Notes: generated by a model not told the origin, from the sequence alone. 61,312 bases of DNA from Candidatus Bathyarchaeota archaeon (GCA_963739305.1 CAVTZU010000016.1:1-61312), one strand, 5' to 3'; positions 40,688 to 51,987 are shown, counted from the stretch's first letter. A program made the numbers and translations.

Positions 40688-43600
40688 CTAAGGCGGCGGA
40701 GGCGTGTATGTGTACCAGAAGTTGCTTGCGACAGCGACCAGGTCAAATATGTCTACTATTGGGTCGCCGATCAAGTTGTATTCGGAATCGACCTCATCGT
40801 AGTGATTGGCTAATTGGCTGAGGTCTTGGATGTCTACGGTACCATCGTTGTTGATGTCTCCTTTTATAGGGCAGAACTTGTAGAGAACGTCGGAACCCAC
40901 GTTGATCTGGTTCAAACCGCCTCTGACATATCCCAGATCAGGTCTGCCAAAGTAGCTTAGATTTGCCCATTGGACATAGATTATTGCAGATTGGTTGTTT
41001 GTCCACGTTGGAAGATCCTTCCACATGTGACGAAGGGTAGCGTTAAATGTTATCGTTATGAGTGTTGTATTGAGGCTGATTGGACTGCCAGAGGTAGAAC
41101 CACCAACTATTCCGTTAACTTCGTCTGTCGTGTATGTCCCCGTGCCCCAAGCATCCCACGAAACAGTCGCGATATCAAGAAGTGTGGGGTCATAATGGAT
41201 TTCAAAAATGAAGCCTGCGTAATCAATAGCGTCCGAGATGTTTATTTTGATAATGAAAGTTTCATTGAACTTACGACATGTAATGTCGGTTATCGTCATG
41301 CTGATTGACGGTTTCTTGGATGCTTCTTCATTTCCAATCGTATAGAATGCTGAGGGATTATTCTGATTGTTGTATTCCGTTGTTATCCATGAAACGCTTC
41401 TGGCAGTGTCAGATATACGAACCTCGTCTATGGAGCCGTTCATATAACCACCTACGAATTCTTTTCCGATGAATAAGTTAGCAGAAGAAATTCCCATTGC
41501 ACTTAGAGGCGCTGACGTAGCTCCTGTAACCCCATTTACCAGAACTTTTACGCTCGACCCATCGTATATGCCCACTACTTGATACCATGTACCGGTTGAG
41601 GGGGAGTTTTGTGAGAATTTTGCATTTGCGACAACTGCAGTTCTGGCGACGAATTCAAAGCAGTTATCATCTGTGTCATACCATAGGATCCAGCCGGCAC
41701 TGCCATCATACTTGTGTACTATTCTGCTGTCAGGGCTTTTTGAACTCAGATCTACCCATGCTTCAATTGTGATTTGAACAGCGAAATTTACACTTGGATT
41801 GTTTCCGCAATCAATATAATCATTGCTTCCATCAAAACCGTCAGCACCATCGATTTTACCACTAACACCTTGGCTAACTCCCCCGTATGAAGTACCATTG
41901 TTAACATTCACGGTACTGTCGTAATGAGTGCCAGTCTTCTCACTTAGGTGTTGAACCATCTTATAATGAGAATCCCAAACACCAGACGGATTCTGCTGGC
42001 TAGTGACAGTCGGATTACCATAGTACATGTACAATATCGTATCCTTTGTTGAGCTAAGACTGGCGACATTCACCCAAGCGACAAGATGGCCGGTTCCATT
42101 GGAATAACTCTCAATTTCATGATTCAGCCTATTACCATAAGAATCCGTAAAGACAAGATCATCACCATCACTTTGTGCATGAGCAGCCAAGTCAGAATCT
42201 GTTACATCAATAAGAACTGGAAAATTGGTAAGATCGGAAGAAACTTTAGTATGGTCGATTGTCACATTTTTGCGGTACTGCCAACTCGAATTCCACCAAG
42301 CACCAAGTTCATATTCTGTCTTAAACGTAAACGACTGGTTCATCCAATGAACACCATCAGAGACATACACGGACCACGTGTACAGCGTTGAATACGCAAG
42401 ACCATCCACACTCATCGAATACGTCCCATTCGTCTTGCCCGTTTGACTATCAGAACCAATACTCGGATACGTCGTCACAGCATAACTCATCAAGTCATCC
42501 TGCGGATCCACGATCGTGAAACTCAACTCTGATAACGAAATCGGCACATCAATTGCTCCATTGACTGGCATGGATCCGAGGACGTATGGAGCCTCACCGG
42601 TTACCATTAAAACTAGTTCACCCGTCTTACGTGTATTACCGATATTATCCGCGCATCGAACTTGCCACGTGTACGATCCAGGGGCTAATGACACGGTGAA
42701 ATTATTCGTCTCTAAGGTTGAGACAGGTGTTGCATTGGAAACTGTGTAGACACCATTGAGATACAGACTTGCGTTCACCACAGTGTGCAAATTGGATGAA
42801 ACATTGTATGTGAACACTACCGGATTTTCACTAGACTTAGAACCATTAACTGGAGCTATCGGTGAAACATCCAAGGAATCAGATAAATATTTATCAAGAA
42901 CAGACAGTACATCTAGGCCGTTTTTCCGCAGGGTATCAAGTGTAACTATTGAGTCTTGCGGTCGGCCTTGAGAGGTCAATGCAGTGATGTTACATTGCGA
43001 GGTTAAAACGTCCGTTGAACGACCGCCGTACCAGGTATCGCTATAGTATGTGTACAGCGTGTGACCTGTGTAATAAGATGCAAGGTCGTGTACATTAGTA
43101 TAAACTCTAATGTTGGTGTATTCTATGGGGATAGTCCAAAGAGCATAACCGCCAAGGTCATGTTGATCTATGAATACATCAACATTTTTGCCTGCGCTTA
43201 TCCAATTTTGGATGTATCCGAATGCTGCGTCAATCTCAGGTTCGTAGTTCCCAGCTCCGTCATCCCATTCTCTATTCAAATCTTGGAGGTTAGCGTTGTA
43301 ACGGTCATATCCATGGTAGATTCCATCAGGGTTCATCATTGGAAAGATTTTAAACACATACTTGTCGCGATAAGTTGCGGCCGTTGTGTTTGTGTCGTCC
43401 AAGAGGAAATCCATCATGTACCACGTTTGCCACTGGGAGTTCTTTTCACAGGGATGTTGGCCAGTCATTATCCAGATGGTTTTCTTCTCGTCCAATGGAA
43501 TGGAATTATTTGTAATTGTTATCAGTTCAATGTTTCTACCTTCAACGCTATGGCCGATTATCGTTCGATTATAGTATGTTAGATTTAGTGCGTCTTTCGC

Positions 43601-45389
43601 GTTAAGATATGATTCTAGGTTTGAATATTGATACGGAATTATCCATGCAATAAGGACACTGTCATTGGTGAAAGTATGAGTCCACGTGGGCTCGCTTCCA
43701 CTAAAGAAATACCAAGTGATTCCATCATAAGAATACACACAACGATGATATTTGCTTGAGTCTCCGTTCAGCTGGTCGAACTCAACTGTCTGATTATATG
43801 CACCTTTAGTTATATTGAAGAAAAACCAACAAACAGATCCCTCTGCCGGCTGTGAATCGTCTATCTCAAAACCTATTTTATTGAAACCTAGTTGAGTTAG
43901 GCTCTTTAGACTGGCACCTTCGAATGTGTAGTTGATGTTTTCAATTCTAACTCCACCATACAGTACCGTTGTGAAGCTATAGGTCTCATTAGTCCAATGA
44001 TCATGATAATCACTGCAATTGACGCTCCAATAATATGCAGTGTTATATGCGTTCATGTTTGTGGCGGTTTGTGAATAGACGCCGTTTCCAACATCGTTGT
44101 AGACCTGAATGACATCCCAACTTCCACTAGCATTTGTACTGAAAAGAATGTCCATTAGATCTCCTTGATAATCAACCACGCTAACTGACAAAGTAGGATT
44201 CAAATCAACATTAGTTGCTCCATTCTGTGGAGTCACACCAGATATTTGTGGTTCTTCTGGCATTGGCCTTGTTTCTTCGCTACCAACACTATAAAACGTA
44301 GCTGGACTGTTCTGGTTTTTGTATTCGGTAGAAATCCAACTAGCACTCCTAATTGTACTCGAAACGTGCACTTCATCGATTGTACCATTCCAACAATCTG
44401 GGTATGATGAATAGGTCGGATCTTTGCCGATACACACGTTACCGGTTCCTGCAGTGCTCGTTAAACTCATAGATACATCGTTCTGTTTACCGCCGTCCAC
44501 CCAACTCTGAATAGCCCCATAATCCCTATCAAACACAGCAACGACATAATGCCACATGCCATCTCTAACAACGGGACCACCAGTGGGGGGACCATATCCA
44601 CTGTCGAATTCGAAACGTAACCTACCATCAGTGTAGGTGTAGAACGAAATAACATTGCCAGATCCTCCGGCGATATTTATTATCCTTTGATACTCAGAAC
44701 CTACTGGAGGTTCAGTATTTTTCACCCATGCCTCCATAGTGAAATCTGTATTCGTTCCAAAGTTTAGACTGACTGCGGGCACCACAGTCAACATAACTAT
44801 TACTGCCATCAAAGTTGTCAGCACCATCGATTTTACCACTAACACCTTGGCTAACTCCCCCGTATGAAGTACCATTGTTAACATTCACGGTACTGTCGTA
44901 ATGAGTGCCAGTCTTCTCACTTAGGTGTTGAACCATCTTGTAATAAGAATCCCAAACAGCAGTCTTGTTTTGCTGACCCGGCGCAGTTGAATTGCCATAG
45001 TAAACGTACAGTGTTGTATCATAACTTGCAGAAAGATTGGCCGAGACCCATGCAACCAGTTGCCCACTTGCACTCGAGTAGTACTCGATCTCGTGATTGA
45101 GCTTCACCCCCAGACTGTCTGTGAAGACTATGTCGTTGCCATTCGCCTGAGCCTTGGCCTTCAAGTCCGTATCTGTTATGTTTATCAAAGTCGGAAAGTT
45201 TGTTAGGTCAGCACTGACTTTCGTATGATCGACTGTGATCGTTTTCCTGTAAGGCCAATCAGCATTCCACCAACTTCCTCCCCCACTCACTGGCGGGAAC
45301 TTGAACGCCACTGACAATGCACTGACTAGAAGCAATCCTAAAACGGCTGATGCATAAATTCTCTTACGTGACAGTGCCTTCAAGGACAT
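40688..45389 (-). CDS. Secreted multidomain protein: DUF2341-LamG, Ig, M14 metallocarboxypeptidase, Ig, DUF2341-LamG, cohesin-like, class-B dockerin; one frameshift near 44780
   Basis: ATG 45389 signal peptide; WWN..W.YRK.ITVDH.KV..DLTNFP (DUF2341) twice; G.IDEV.IS...RS..WI.TEY.NQ (LamG) twice; GQHPCEK, PMMNPDG, DLNREW and FIDQH (M14 zinc motifs); GDINNDGTVDIQDL...VDIFDLV. Confidence 0.88.
41840..44939. repeat. Identical 123-bp direct repeat (41840-41962 and 44817-44939)
   Basis: gtcagcaccatcgatttt...ttgaaccatctt matches base for base; encodes KMVQHLSEKTGTHYDSTVNVNNGTSYGGVSQGVSGKIDGAD in both DUF2341-LamG modules. Confidence 0.9.
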
Positions 45390-45436
45390 GCTCCTCTCCC
45401 CTTTAACCTGCAGTTGAATATAGAGAAAGTAGCGCA

Positions 45437-45464
45437 TATTTAAGAATTAAGGAACATTATTCCA
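45437..45464 (-). promoter_or_regulatory. Conserved upstream box + TATA
   Basis: Minus strand TGGAATAATGTTCC-TTAATTC-TTAAATA. Confidence 0.65.
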
Positions 45465-45516
45465 CGTAACAAAACGTTTTGACACAAAAAAAGGATGGGT
45501 AGGGGTGTTATTGTTG

Positions 45517-47289
45517 TCATGGAGCGGGTGGCGTGTATTGGTACCAGAAGTTGCCTGCGACAACTACTATGTCGAATATGTCGATGAGGTCGGAACCAAC
45601 CAAGTTCATCGTAGAATTCGTTGTGTCAAAAACGCTGGCTTCGGAAGCAGGTCGGTAACGTCAACTTTTCCATCGTTGTTCAGGTCCCCTCGAATCGGTG
45701 AGAATGTATAGGAAAAGTCGGGATTCGGAACGTTTAGTCTACCACCTCCGCCGCCGCCTCTGGTGTATGAAACGTCCGGCAGACTGGCGTAGTGAAGAGT
45801 GACTGACCGGATTTGTATAGCCGTGGAGTTGGTTACGTCATGCTGAGACTGCAGAGACTGGGTCTTTCCACATGCGTGTGTAAGTTGGATTCGACTTGAA
45901 TCTTATGGTCGCCAAGTTTGAGGCCAGTCCGCTTCCAGTTGTCGTTCCGGTGATATTTCCGTTTCCATGGTCGGTTATCGTTCCTGTTCCCCACATCACC
46001 GCGGAACTCACGTAGCTAAGCATAGTATTGTTATAATGGATTTCAAAATCTAGCGCCTCCCAGGTTGACCGCGTTAGAAATGGTCATTGTCACTACGAAT
46101 TCTTCATTTGTTTCTCTGCATGTTCTGCTGTGACCACCAGCATGAATCATGTCAATTGTCGGTGCCATACCCCACACCTGATATGCTCCGTCTTGTGTAG
46201 TATGTGTAATGGATTGGGCATTAGAGTCGCTGAGTTTGTTGTAGTCTGCCTCAAAGTGAATCGATGTTTGCTTCATTGAGTTGGTCTGAGGGTCTAGAAC
46301 TTTGAATCCTAAAATGAACAATGCATGGGAGCCTGTGAAACCGTTCTTCAGCGAATATGCGACTAATCTGTAGTAATTTGCGCCTGCCTCGGCCTTTTGG
46401 ACGCCGTAGTCAGTGCCCATTGTTGGACCCCAAATGAACTTCAGGGGCGATGTTGGCGTGTTTTGGTAGTCGACGTGGTCTAGTGACAACAGCGTGTTAT
46501 CCCATGACACTTTAACGTCAAATCCATAAAGGTCGGTTATCTCTTCAACTTTCACCGCAACTTCAAAGACGCTGCTTACGTCTCCGTATTCTTTTTGGAC
46601 TTGCGATGGGTCTACGTATAGTTGTGTCATACCTGAGGCGTAACCACTGACCAGAAGCGATGCAGCGCCGCTTCCATAAACTTCAAAGCCGATATTGCTT
46701 ACCTCGTCCAGTCTGAAAACAGGGTGGGTTTCACCGTTTGCAAATCTCCATGCCGGGTTAGGATCGTCTCCGGCGTTCCAGCAAATCGCAGCCGAAAAGT
46801 CAAGTGTGATAGACTGTGCTCCCGCCTGCGGGCACAGTGACATCGGTGGATTTCCAGAAGGTGTCTCTTGTAGGATCATTGAACGGTGCGCCAGTGTATC
46901 CAGTATTTAGGAAAAGGTGTACGGTTACAGAATCGGTTCCTTGGTTCTTGAACGTTAATCTGTACAGAGTGTACCTCGTGAAGTTCCCATACTGCCCAAT
47001 TGCGTCTGGATCGCCGCCTGCAAATGGACTGACCGGGTAATCATCGCGAGCGCCCGTGCCTTGTGATGGGTTTAGGCCTGTGAAATTGAATTCAACGCCG
47101 GTGCCTGGTTTATCCGTGATTAGTCACGTTGCTTCCACCAGGCCCCCACCCATAGGCAAACTCGGTGCCAAGTTCCACGTCTGAAAGCGTCAAATAGGAC
47201 GCTGCCTCCGCAACGTTGATTCTCAGTACGGCTAGAATGCTTAATGACAGCAAGACCACCATGATTACTGCAAATAGTCTTTTCTCCAT
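45517..47289 (-). CDS. Secreted protein: ~190-aa unrecognised domain + two cohesin-like domains + class-B dockerin, frameshifted
   Basis: ATG 47289 signal peptide; LSDVELGTEF..., LDFSAA..WNAGDDP...FRLDEVSNIGF; LYVDPS...FEVAVKV...DLYGFDVKVSWDNTLL cohesin; CRETNEEF second cohesin; ends GDLNNDGKVDV...IDIFDIVVVAGNFWYQYTPPAP* (TGA 45517-45519). Confidence 0.78.
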
Positions 47290-47341
47290 TCTGTTTCTCC
47301 TCTCTCCTTTAACTTGCAGTTGAACAATAAGCGGTCTGCCG

Positions 47342-47369
47342 TATTTAAGAATTAAGGAACATAGTTCTA
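47342..47369 (-). promoter_or_regulatory. Conserved upstream box + TATA
   Basis: Minus strand TAGAACTATGTTCC-TTAATTC-TTAAATA. Confidence 0.65.
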
Positions 47370-47422
47370 CTATGAGTGTTGATTGAAACAAAAAAAGGAA
47401 GGAATGGAGTTGTTTGCTACTT

Positions 47423-49195
47423 TTACGGTGTTGATGAGTACGTATACCAGAAGTTGCTGGCTATGACAACTAGGTCGAATATGTCCACGAGGTAGGGGCT
47501 GCCACCAATCAGATTGTAGTCGGCGTTGTTTGTGTCGTAGGACCAGCCACAGCTGTTAGGTCACCAATGCCTACAGATGCCGTCGTTATCGATGTCTCCT
47601 TTGATTGGCATGAAGCTGTAGGAGATGTCAGATGTCGGTGGGTTGATCTGGTGAGGCGGAGATTCGCCCCTCGTGTATGAAAGTGGGTGCGGCTCTGGAT
47701 AACTCAGCGTGGCTGAGTACAAATATATGCCAGTAGAGCTGGAAAAGATGTTGCTCGATTGTCCAGTGCTGGGGTCTCTCCAAATGCGTGTGAAAGCTGG
47801 ATTGGACTTCGAATGTTATGGTTGCTAAGGTTGAGGCTGGTACGCTTCCAGTTGAGCTGATCGTTACCTGTCCATTACCGTCGTCGGTTACAGTTCCTGT
47901 TCCCCAAACAACCGTGCCATTATGGTAGCTGATCATAGTCTTATCATAGTTGATTTGATATGAAGCCCGTCAAGCTTGCTGCGTTTGAAATGCCGACTAT
48001 AACGTTGAAGGGTTCATTCAGTTCGCGACAGATTCTACTGTTGCCGCCGATGGAATTTGTAATGCTTAGCGTCGGTGTTTTGCCCCAGATTTGGTAATTT
48101 CCATCCACAGTAGTGTGTGTAATGGACTGAGAGTTTGAGTCGCTAAGTTTGTCCGTGTAGAAGTGTAATGGGTGTCGTTTTCATCGAGTTCGTGAGAGGA
48201 TCCATTACAGTAAAGGTCAGTTTAAGGATCGCTTGACTTCCTGAAGTCGAGAAACCTGTTGCTGTAGACACGGCTACAAGCTTGTAGGTACCCGCACCCG
48301 CGTCATCTATCGAATTGGCATGTATTGGTGCACTCCAAGTGCTCCAAATGCTGTCCATGTATGTACTATAGTCCGCACTCACGAACGTGATGAGAGAGTT
48401 GTCCCAAGTAACGTTGATATCAAAGCCAAAAAGATCAGTGACCGCTGCAATTTGCACTGTCACGTCAAAGGTATGCGTAACATCTGCGTAGGTCTTCTGC
48501 ACGGAAGAAGGATCAATATACAGGGTAGGTGTCGTGTATCCTGAACTAATAAGCGTTCCCAATCCATCACCACTGGGTTCTGTAGTACCTGTAAGCCAAC
48601 GTTGGTCACTTGATCCAATCTGAATATCTGGTCCTTGCCATCCGTCAGCGTGTTGTAACTGGGCTCTGGATCATCAGCTGCGTTGTAGCATGTTGCGCTC
48701 GAGAAATCAATGCTTACGACTCTGCTCTGACCTGCAGGAACGTCGGTCCAGTCACCTTGCCAGAAAGTGTCATTAAGGCTATAATACGGGGCCTCGCTTG
48801 TGAAACCTGTGTTCATGAAAAGGCATACAGTTAGAGTCGAACTGCCAGTGTTCTTGAAGAGCAATTTGAGGCTCGTATAGACAGTGAAGTTGTGGTAGTT
48901 ACCGTCCTTATCTTTGACGCCACCCCAATCAGCGGTGAGACCGAAGCCATGATCGTAATCTCTTTTGTATGCTGTGCCGCTGGCAGTCAAACCGGTATAA
49001 GCAAACTGAACGCCAGGACCGCTGATGTCTGTGATAGTCGCCGTCTGCTGGTCCCCAACCGTACATTAACGAGCTCAATTTTGAATCTGACAATGTCCAC
49101 GGGTTATCCGCTTTCGCAACGTTCATCCTAAGTATTGATAGCATGCTTAAAGACAGTATTAGTACCGTGATAATCACAAGTATGTTTTTTTTCAT
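47423..49195 (-). CDS. Paralog of 45517-47289 (same domain order), frameshifted
   Basis: Signal peptide; FMNTGFT...NDTFWQGDW...IDFSSA..YNAADDP...FRLDQV; LYIDPS...DLFGFDINVTWDNSLI; ends GDIDNDG...YNLIGGSPYLVDIFDLVVIASNFWYTYSSTP* (TAA 47423-47425). Confidence 0.78.
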
Positions 49196-49241
49196 TTTAC
49201 TCCTTTCTCCTCTAATCTCTGAGTGAATATTCGAACCGTTC

Positions 49242-49269
49242 TATTTAAGAATTAAGGAAAATACTTCTA
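49242..49269 (-). promoter_or_regulatory. Conserved upstream box + TATA
   Basis: Minus strand TAGAAGTATTTTCC-TTAATTC-TTAAATA. Confidence 0.65.
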
Positions 49270-49643
49270 TTCGGCAAAATCTCGCTCGACAAACGCGTTG
49301 CAATCAATACATAAACACGCACTAATGACGCGCGCTTATTTGAATATGTCCTAGCAAAAACAAAAGATCCAAAACTGAAGGATAAAGCAGAAGTTCTTCT
49401 TCAAGCGCTGAACACGTGCCTTATTCCAAAGTAGGAAAAGTGTGAGATCATATAAAGCACTTCGAGATAGTACATATATTAATTTCAGACCCCCTCCACC
49501 CCTCGAAATCACATCGGGCGTTTTTATGCACGTGTGCTAATAATTCTTTTTTCTGAACAAACGGTGTAAGAATGAATTCCCAGAAGCGAAAGGTCATCGC
49601 GAATCGCGCGCGCGTCTTCTGGGCTGTTGAACCTTCGAGGCAA

Positions 49644-49670
49644 TGGAGAAATGTTCCACAATATTTAACT
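49644..49670 (+). promoter_or_regulatory. Conserved upstream box + TATA
   Basis: Plus strand TGGAGAAATGTTCC-ACAATAT-TTAACT, upstream of ATG 49707. Confidence 0.5.
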
Positions 49671-49706
49671 GGTCCGTGCGGGCATTGTTTGTTTGTGGGA
49701 AAGGGG

Positions 49707-51818
49707 ATGTTGCGAGTTAATTCTGCGGTTTTCTTGGGTTTGGTGTTTGTCCTGGCAGTCTCGTCTTTGTCTATGGCTGGCAGGTTCGCGGGAACCTCGC
49801 TGGGGATAGTGCCTGGTTACGGTGCTGGTGATCCGTCGTTTCCGGGGGTCGGGGTCAAAGTGAATCTTTTCAGTAACGGCACCACGAGGTATGTGAATTT
49901 CTCTGACTATTTTTATGTGATGCATGGGTGGGTGTCTGACGTCAATTGGAGTAGTGTTCCGCCTGCCGCTCAGAATGCTTTCTTAGATCCTGCGCAGACG
50001 AACTTTACTCTGGAGACGAATGACTCGCGATTTTTGGCTCCGTCTATGACTCAGTTTGTTTATTACAATAGTTCGGCGGACGCGATGTCCACTTATTTTT
50101 ATTTTCAGTTTCTGCCTGGTGATCTTGCTCCTGGCGCTTACTCGTTCACAGGCAAATGGTCTATGGCTGCGGCGGCTGATTATCCGAATTATACGGGTGC
50201 CTACAACATCAACAGGATTACGCTTGTCGTGAATCAGTATGGAGTCTTGTCTGAAACGTTCGTTTCTTGTTCGCCTAACCCTGTGTCGGTCGGTGTTCCG
50301 GTTGCCTGCAGTGCAAACGTGTCTGGATCTAGCCCGACGGGCACTGTTACTTGGAGCACGAGCAGCGTCGCGGGCTCTTTCACCCAGTCTGTCTGTCCCG
50401 TGGTGGGCTATCACTGTTCGACGACGTATTTCGATAACAGTTCTGGTTGTGCGATTATCACGGCGACTTACAGCGGGGACGTGAACAACACTGAGAGCAG
50501 CGGCACGTGTACTTTGATAGTTACGCTGGGCGGGCCAATCTACTATACCAGTAATTACACGAGTGTTCAGGCGACTGTTGACGCGGCTTCGGTTGGGGCG
50601 ACGGTCGTGGTGACGCCGGGTTTCTACACTGCGTCGGTTGTGGTTAACAAGTCGTTGACGATCATAGGTGATAAGGACCCGCCTGTTTTCATCGGCGGTG
50701 GTTCCGGGATCGCTATCACGCTGTTGTCTGGGGCGTCTGGGTCGATCGTTGCGGGGATCACGATGACGGGTTGGGATACGGGTGTTCTGGTTAACAATGC
50801 GAGCGGGTGCAAGATCTGCGATAACGTGATGTCGATGATGAACGTCAACGCTGTTGTCCTTCAGGGCTCTGACGCTGTCGACAATCAGGTTTTCGGGAAC
50901 ATTTTCGAGCAGACTGCGGTCGCTGTTGATTTGGGCGTTTCGTCGTCTAGCAGCACGGTTTCTCAGAACGTGGTGAGCCTCAGCACCGTCGGGGTCAAGG
51001 TCGAAAGCAGTGGGAACACGATTTGTAGTAACATTCTGTCCAGGAACCAGGTGGGGCTTAACCTGACGGGTTCTGATGATAACGTTGTTTATCATAACAC
51101 GTTCGTGGACAACGCGGTTCAGGTTGTGGTTTCCAACTCGGCTGGTAACGTTTGGGATGACGGTTATCCTTCAGGCGGTAACTATTGGAGCGGCCACACG
51201 AGCCCCGACGTGCACAGCGGGCCGAATCAGGATCAGGTCGGTAACGACGGGATCGTTGACGTGCCGTACACGGTTGCGTCGGGCAGCGTCGACAGGTATC
51301 CGTTGGTGAACGGTGCGATCGATGTTGGAGTGACGCTTGTTACGACGTCGAAGACTGTTGTCGGACAAGGTTACAATGTACTCGTGCAGCTGAGGATCTT
51401 GAACTATGGGGCGTACGATGAAAAGTCTATTTTGACCGCTTACGCGAATATGTCGACGGCGGCTACTCAGAACGTTGCATTATCGAAGGGGAGCTTCACG
51501 GTCGTGACTTTAACATGGAGCACGGTGGGCTTCCAGTACGGTAAGTACGTGATGAGCGCGTATTGGCAGCCGGTTCAGGGTGAGACGAACACGGCGAACA
51601 ACTTGTGTTTCGGTGGGAACGTGACGGTAACTATTCCTGGAGACCTTCAGGGAGATTCTACCGTTGACATCTACGATGCAATAATCTTGGCTGGAGCCTT
51701 CAACACGAACCCCAGCAGCCCGCATTGGAACGCCAACGCCGACATAAACAGTGACAACTCAGTCGACATTTACGACGCCATAATCCTAGCCGAGCACTTC
51801 AACCAACACTACCCATAA
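49707..51818 (+). CDS. Secreted protein: Ig-like + NosD-type right-handed beta-helix + CARDB-like Ig + dockerin
   Basis: Signal peptide from ATG 49707; YTSVQA.VDAA..G..VVV.PG.Y...VVVNKSLTIIG; N-rich helix turns; WDDGYPSGGNYWS...GIVD.PY...DRYPL; GDLQGDSTVDIYDA...ADINSDNSVDIYDA. Confidence 0.88.
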   Translation: MLRVNSAVFLGLVFVLAVSSLSMAGRFAGTSLGIVPGYGAGDPSFPGVGVKVNLFSNGTTRYVNFSDYFYVMHGWVSDVNWSSVPPAAQNAFLDPAQTNFTLETNDSRFLAPSMTQFVYYNSSADAMSTYFYFQFLPGDLAPGAYSFTGKWSMAAAADYPNYTGAYNINRITLVVNQYGVLSETFVSCSPNPVSVGVPVACSANVSGSSPTGTVTWSTSSVAGSFTQSVCPVVGYHCSTTYFDNSSGCAIITATYSGDVNNTESSGTCTLIVTLGGPIYYTSNYTSVQATVDAASVGATVVVTPGFYTASVVVNKSLTIIGDKDPPVFIGGGSGIAITLLSGASGSIVAGITMTGWDTGVLVNNASGCKICDNVMSMMNVNAVVLQGSDAVDNQVFGNIFEQTAVAVDLGVSSSSSTVSQNVVSLSTVGVKVESSGNTICSNILSRNQVGLNLTGSDDNVVYHNTFVDNAVQVVVSNSAGNVWDDGYPSGGNYWSGHTSPDVHSGPNQDQVGNDGIVDVPYTVASGSVDRYPLVNGAIDVGVTLVTTSKTVVGQGYNVLVQLRILNYGAYDEKSILTAYANMSTAATQNVALSKGSFTVVTLTWSTVGFQYGKYVMSAYWQPVQGETNTANNLCFGGNVTVTIPGDLQGDSTVDIYDAIILAGAFNTNPSSPHWNANADINSDNSVDIYDAIILAEHFNQHYP

Positions 51819-51987
51819 GAGATGTTTTTACAAGCATTTTCTTCGTGAGCACTGGCTGGAGGAGTTATGCAAAGAGAATGCTTGAATTATGAATTTGGCT
51901 TGCGCTGTTCTGTTATAGGCCGGGGATGTTTGCGCGCGCTTACGCGTAAAGATAATCTGACCGATCTAAACAACTTTACTAGAGTGA

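Noticed and set aside
41840-44939. 123-bp repeat as a diversity-generating retroelement TR/VR pair
   Set aside because: The copies are identical, flanking mismatches are not adenine-specific, both copies are coding, and no reverse transcriptase is in the window.
49983-51095. 370-aa minus-strand ORF
   Set aside because: Antisense shadow of the beta-helix/dockerin gene; Arg/His-rich with no motifs, as expected from that gene's codon bias.
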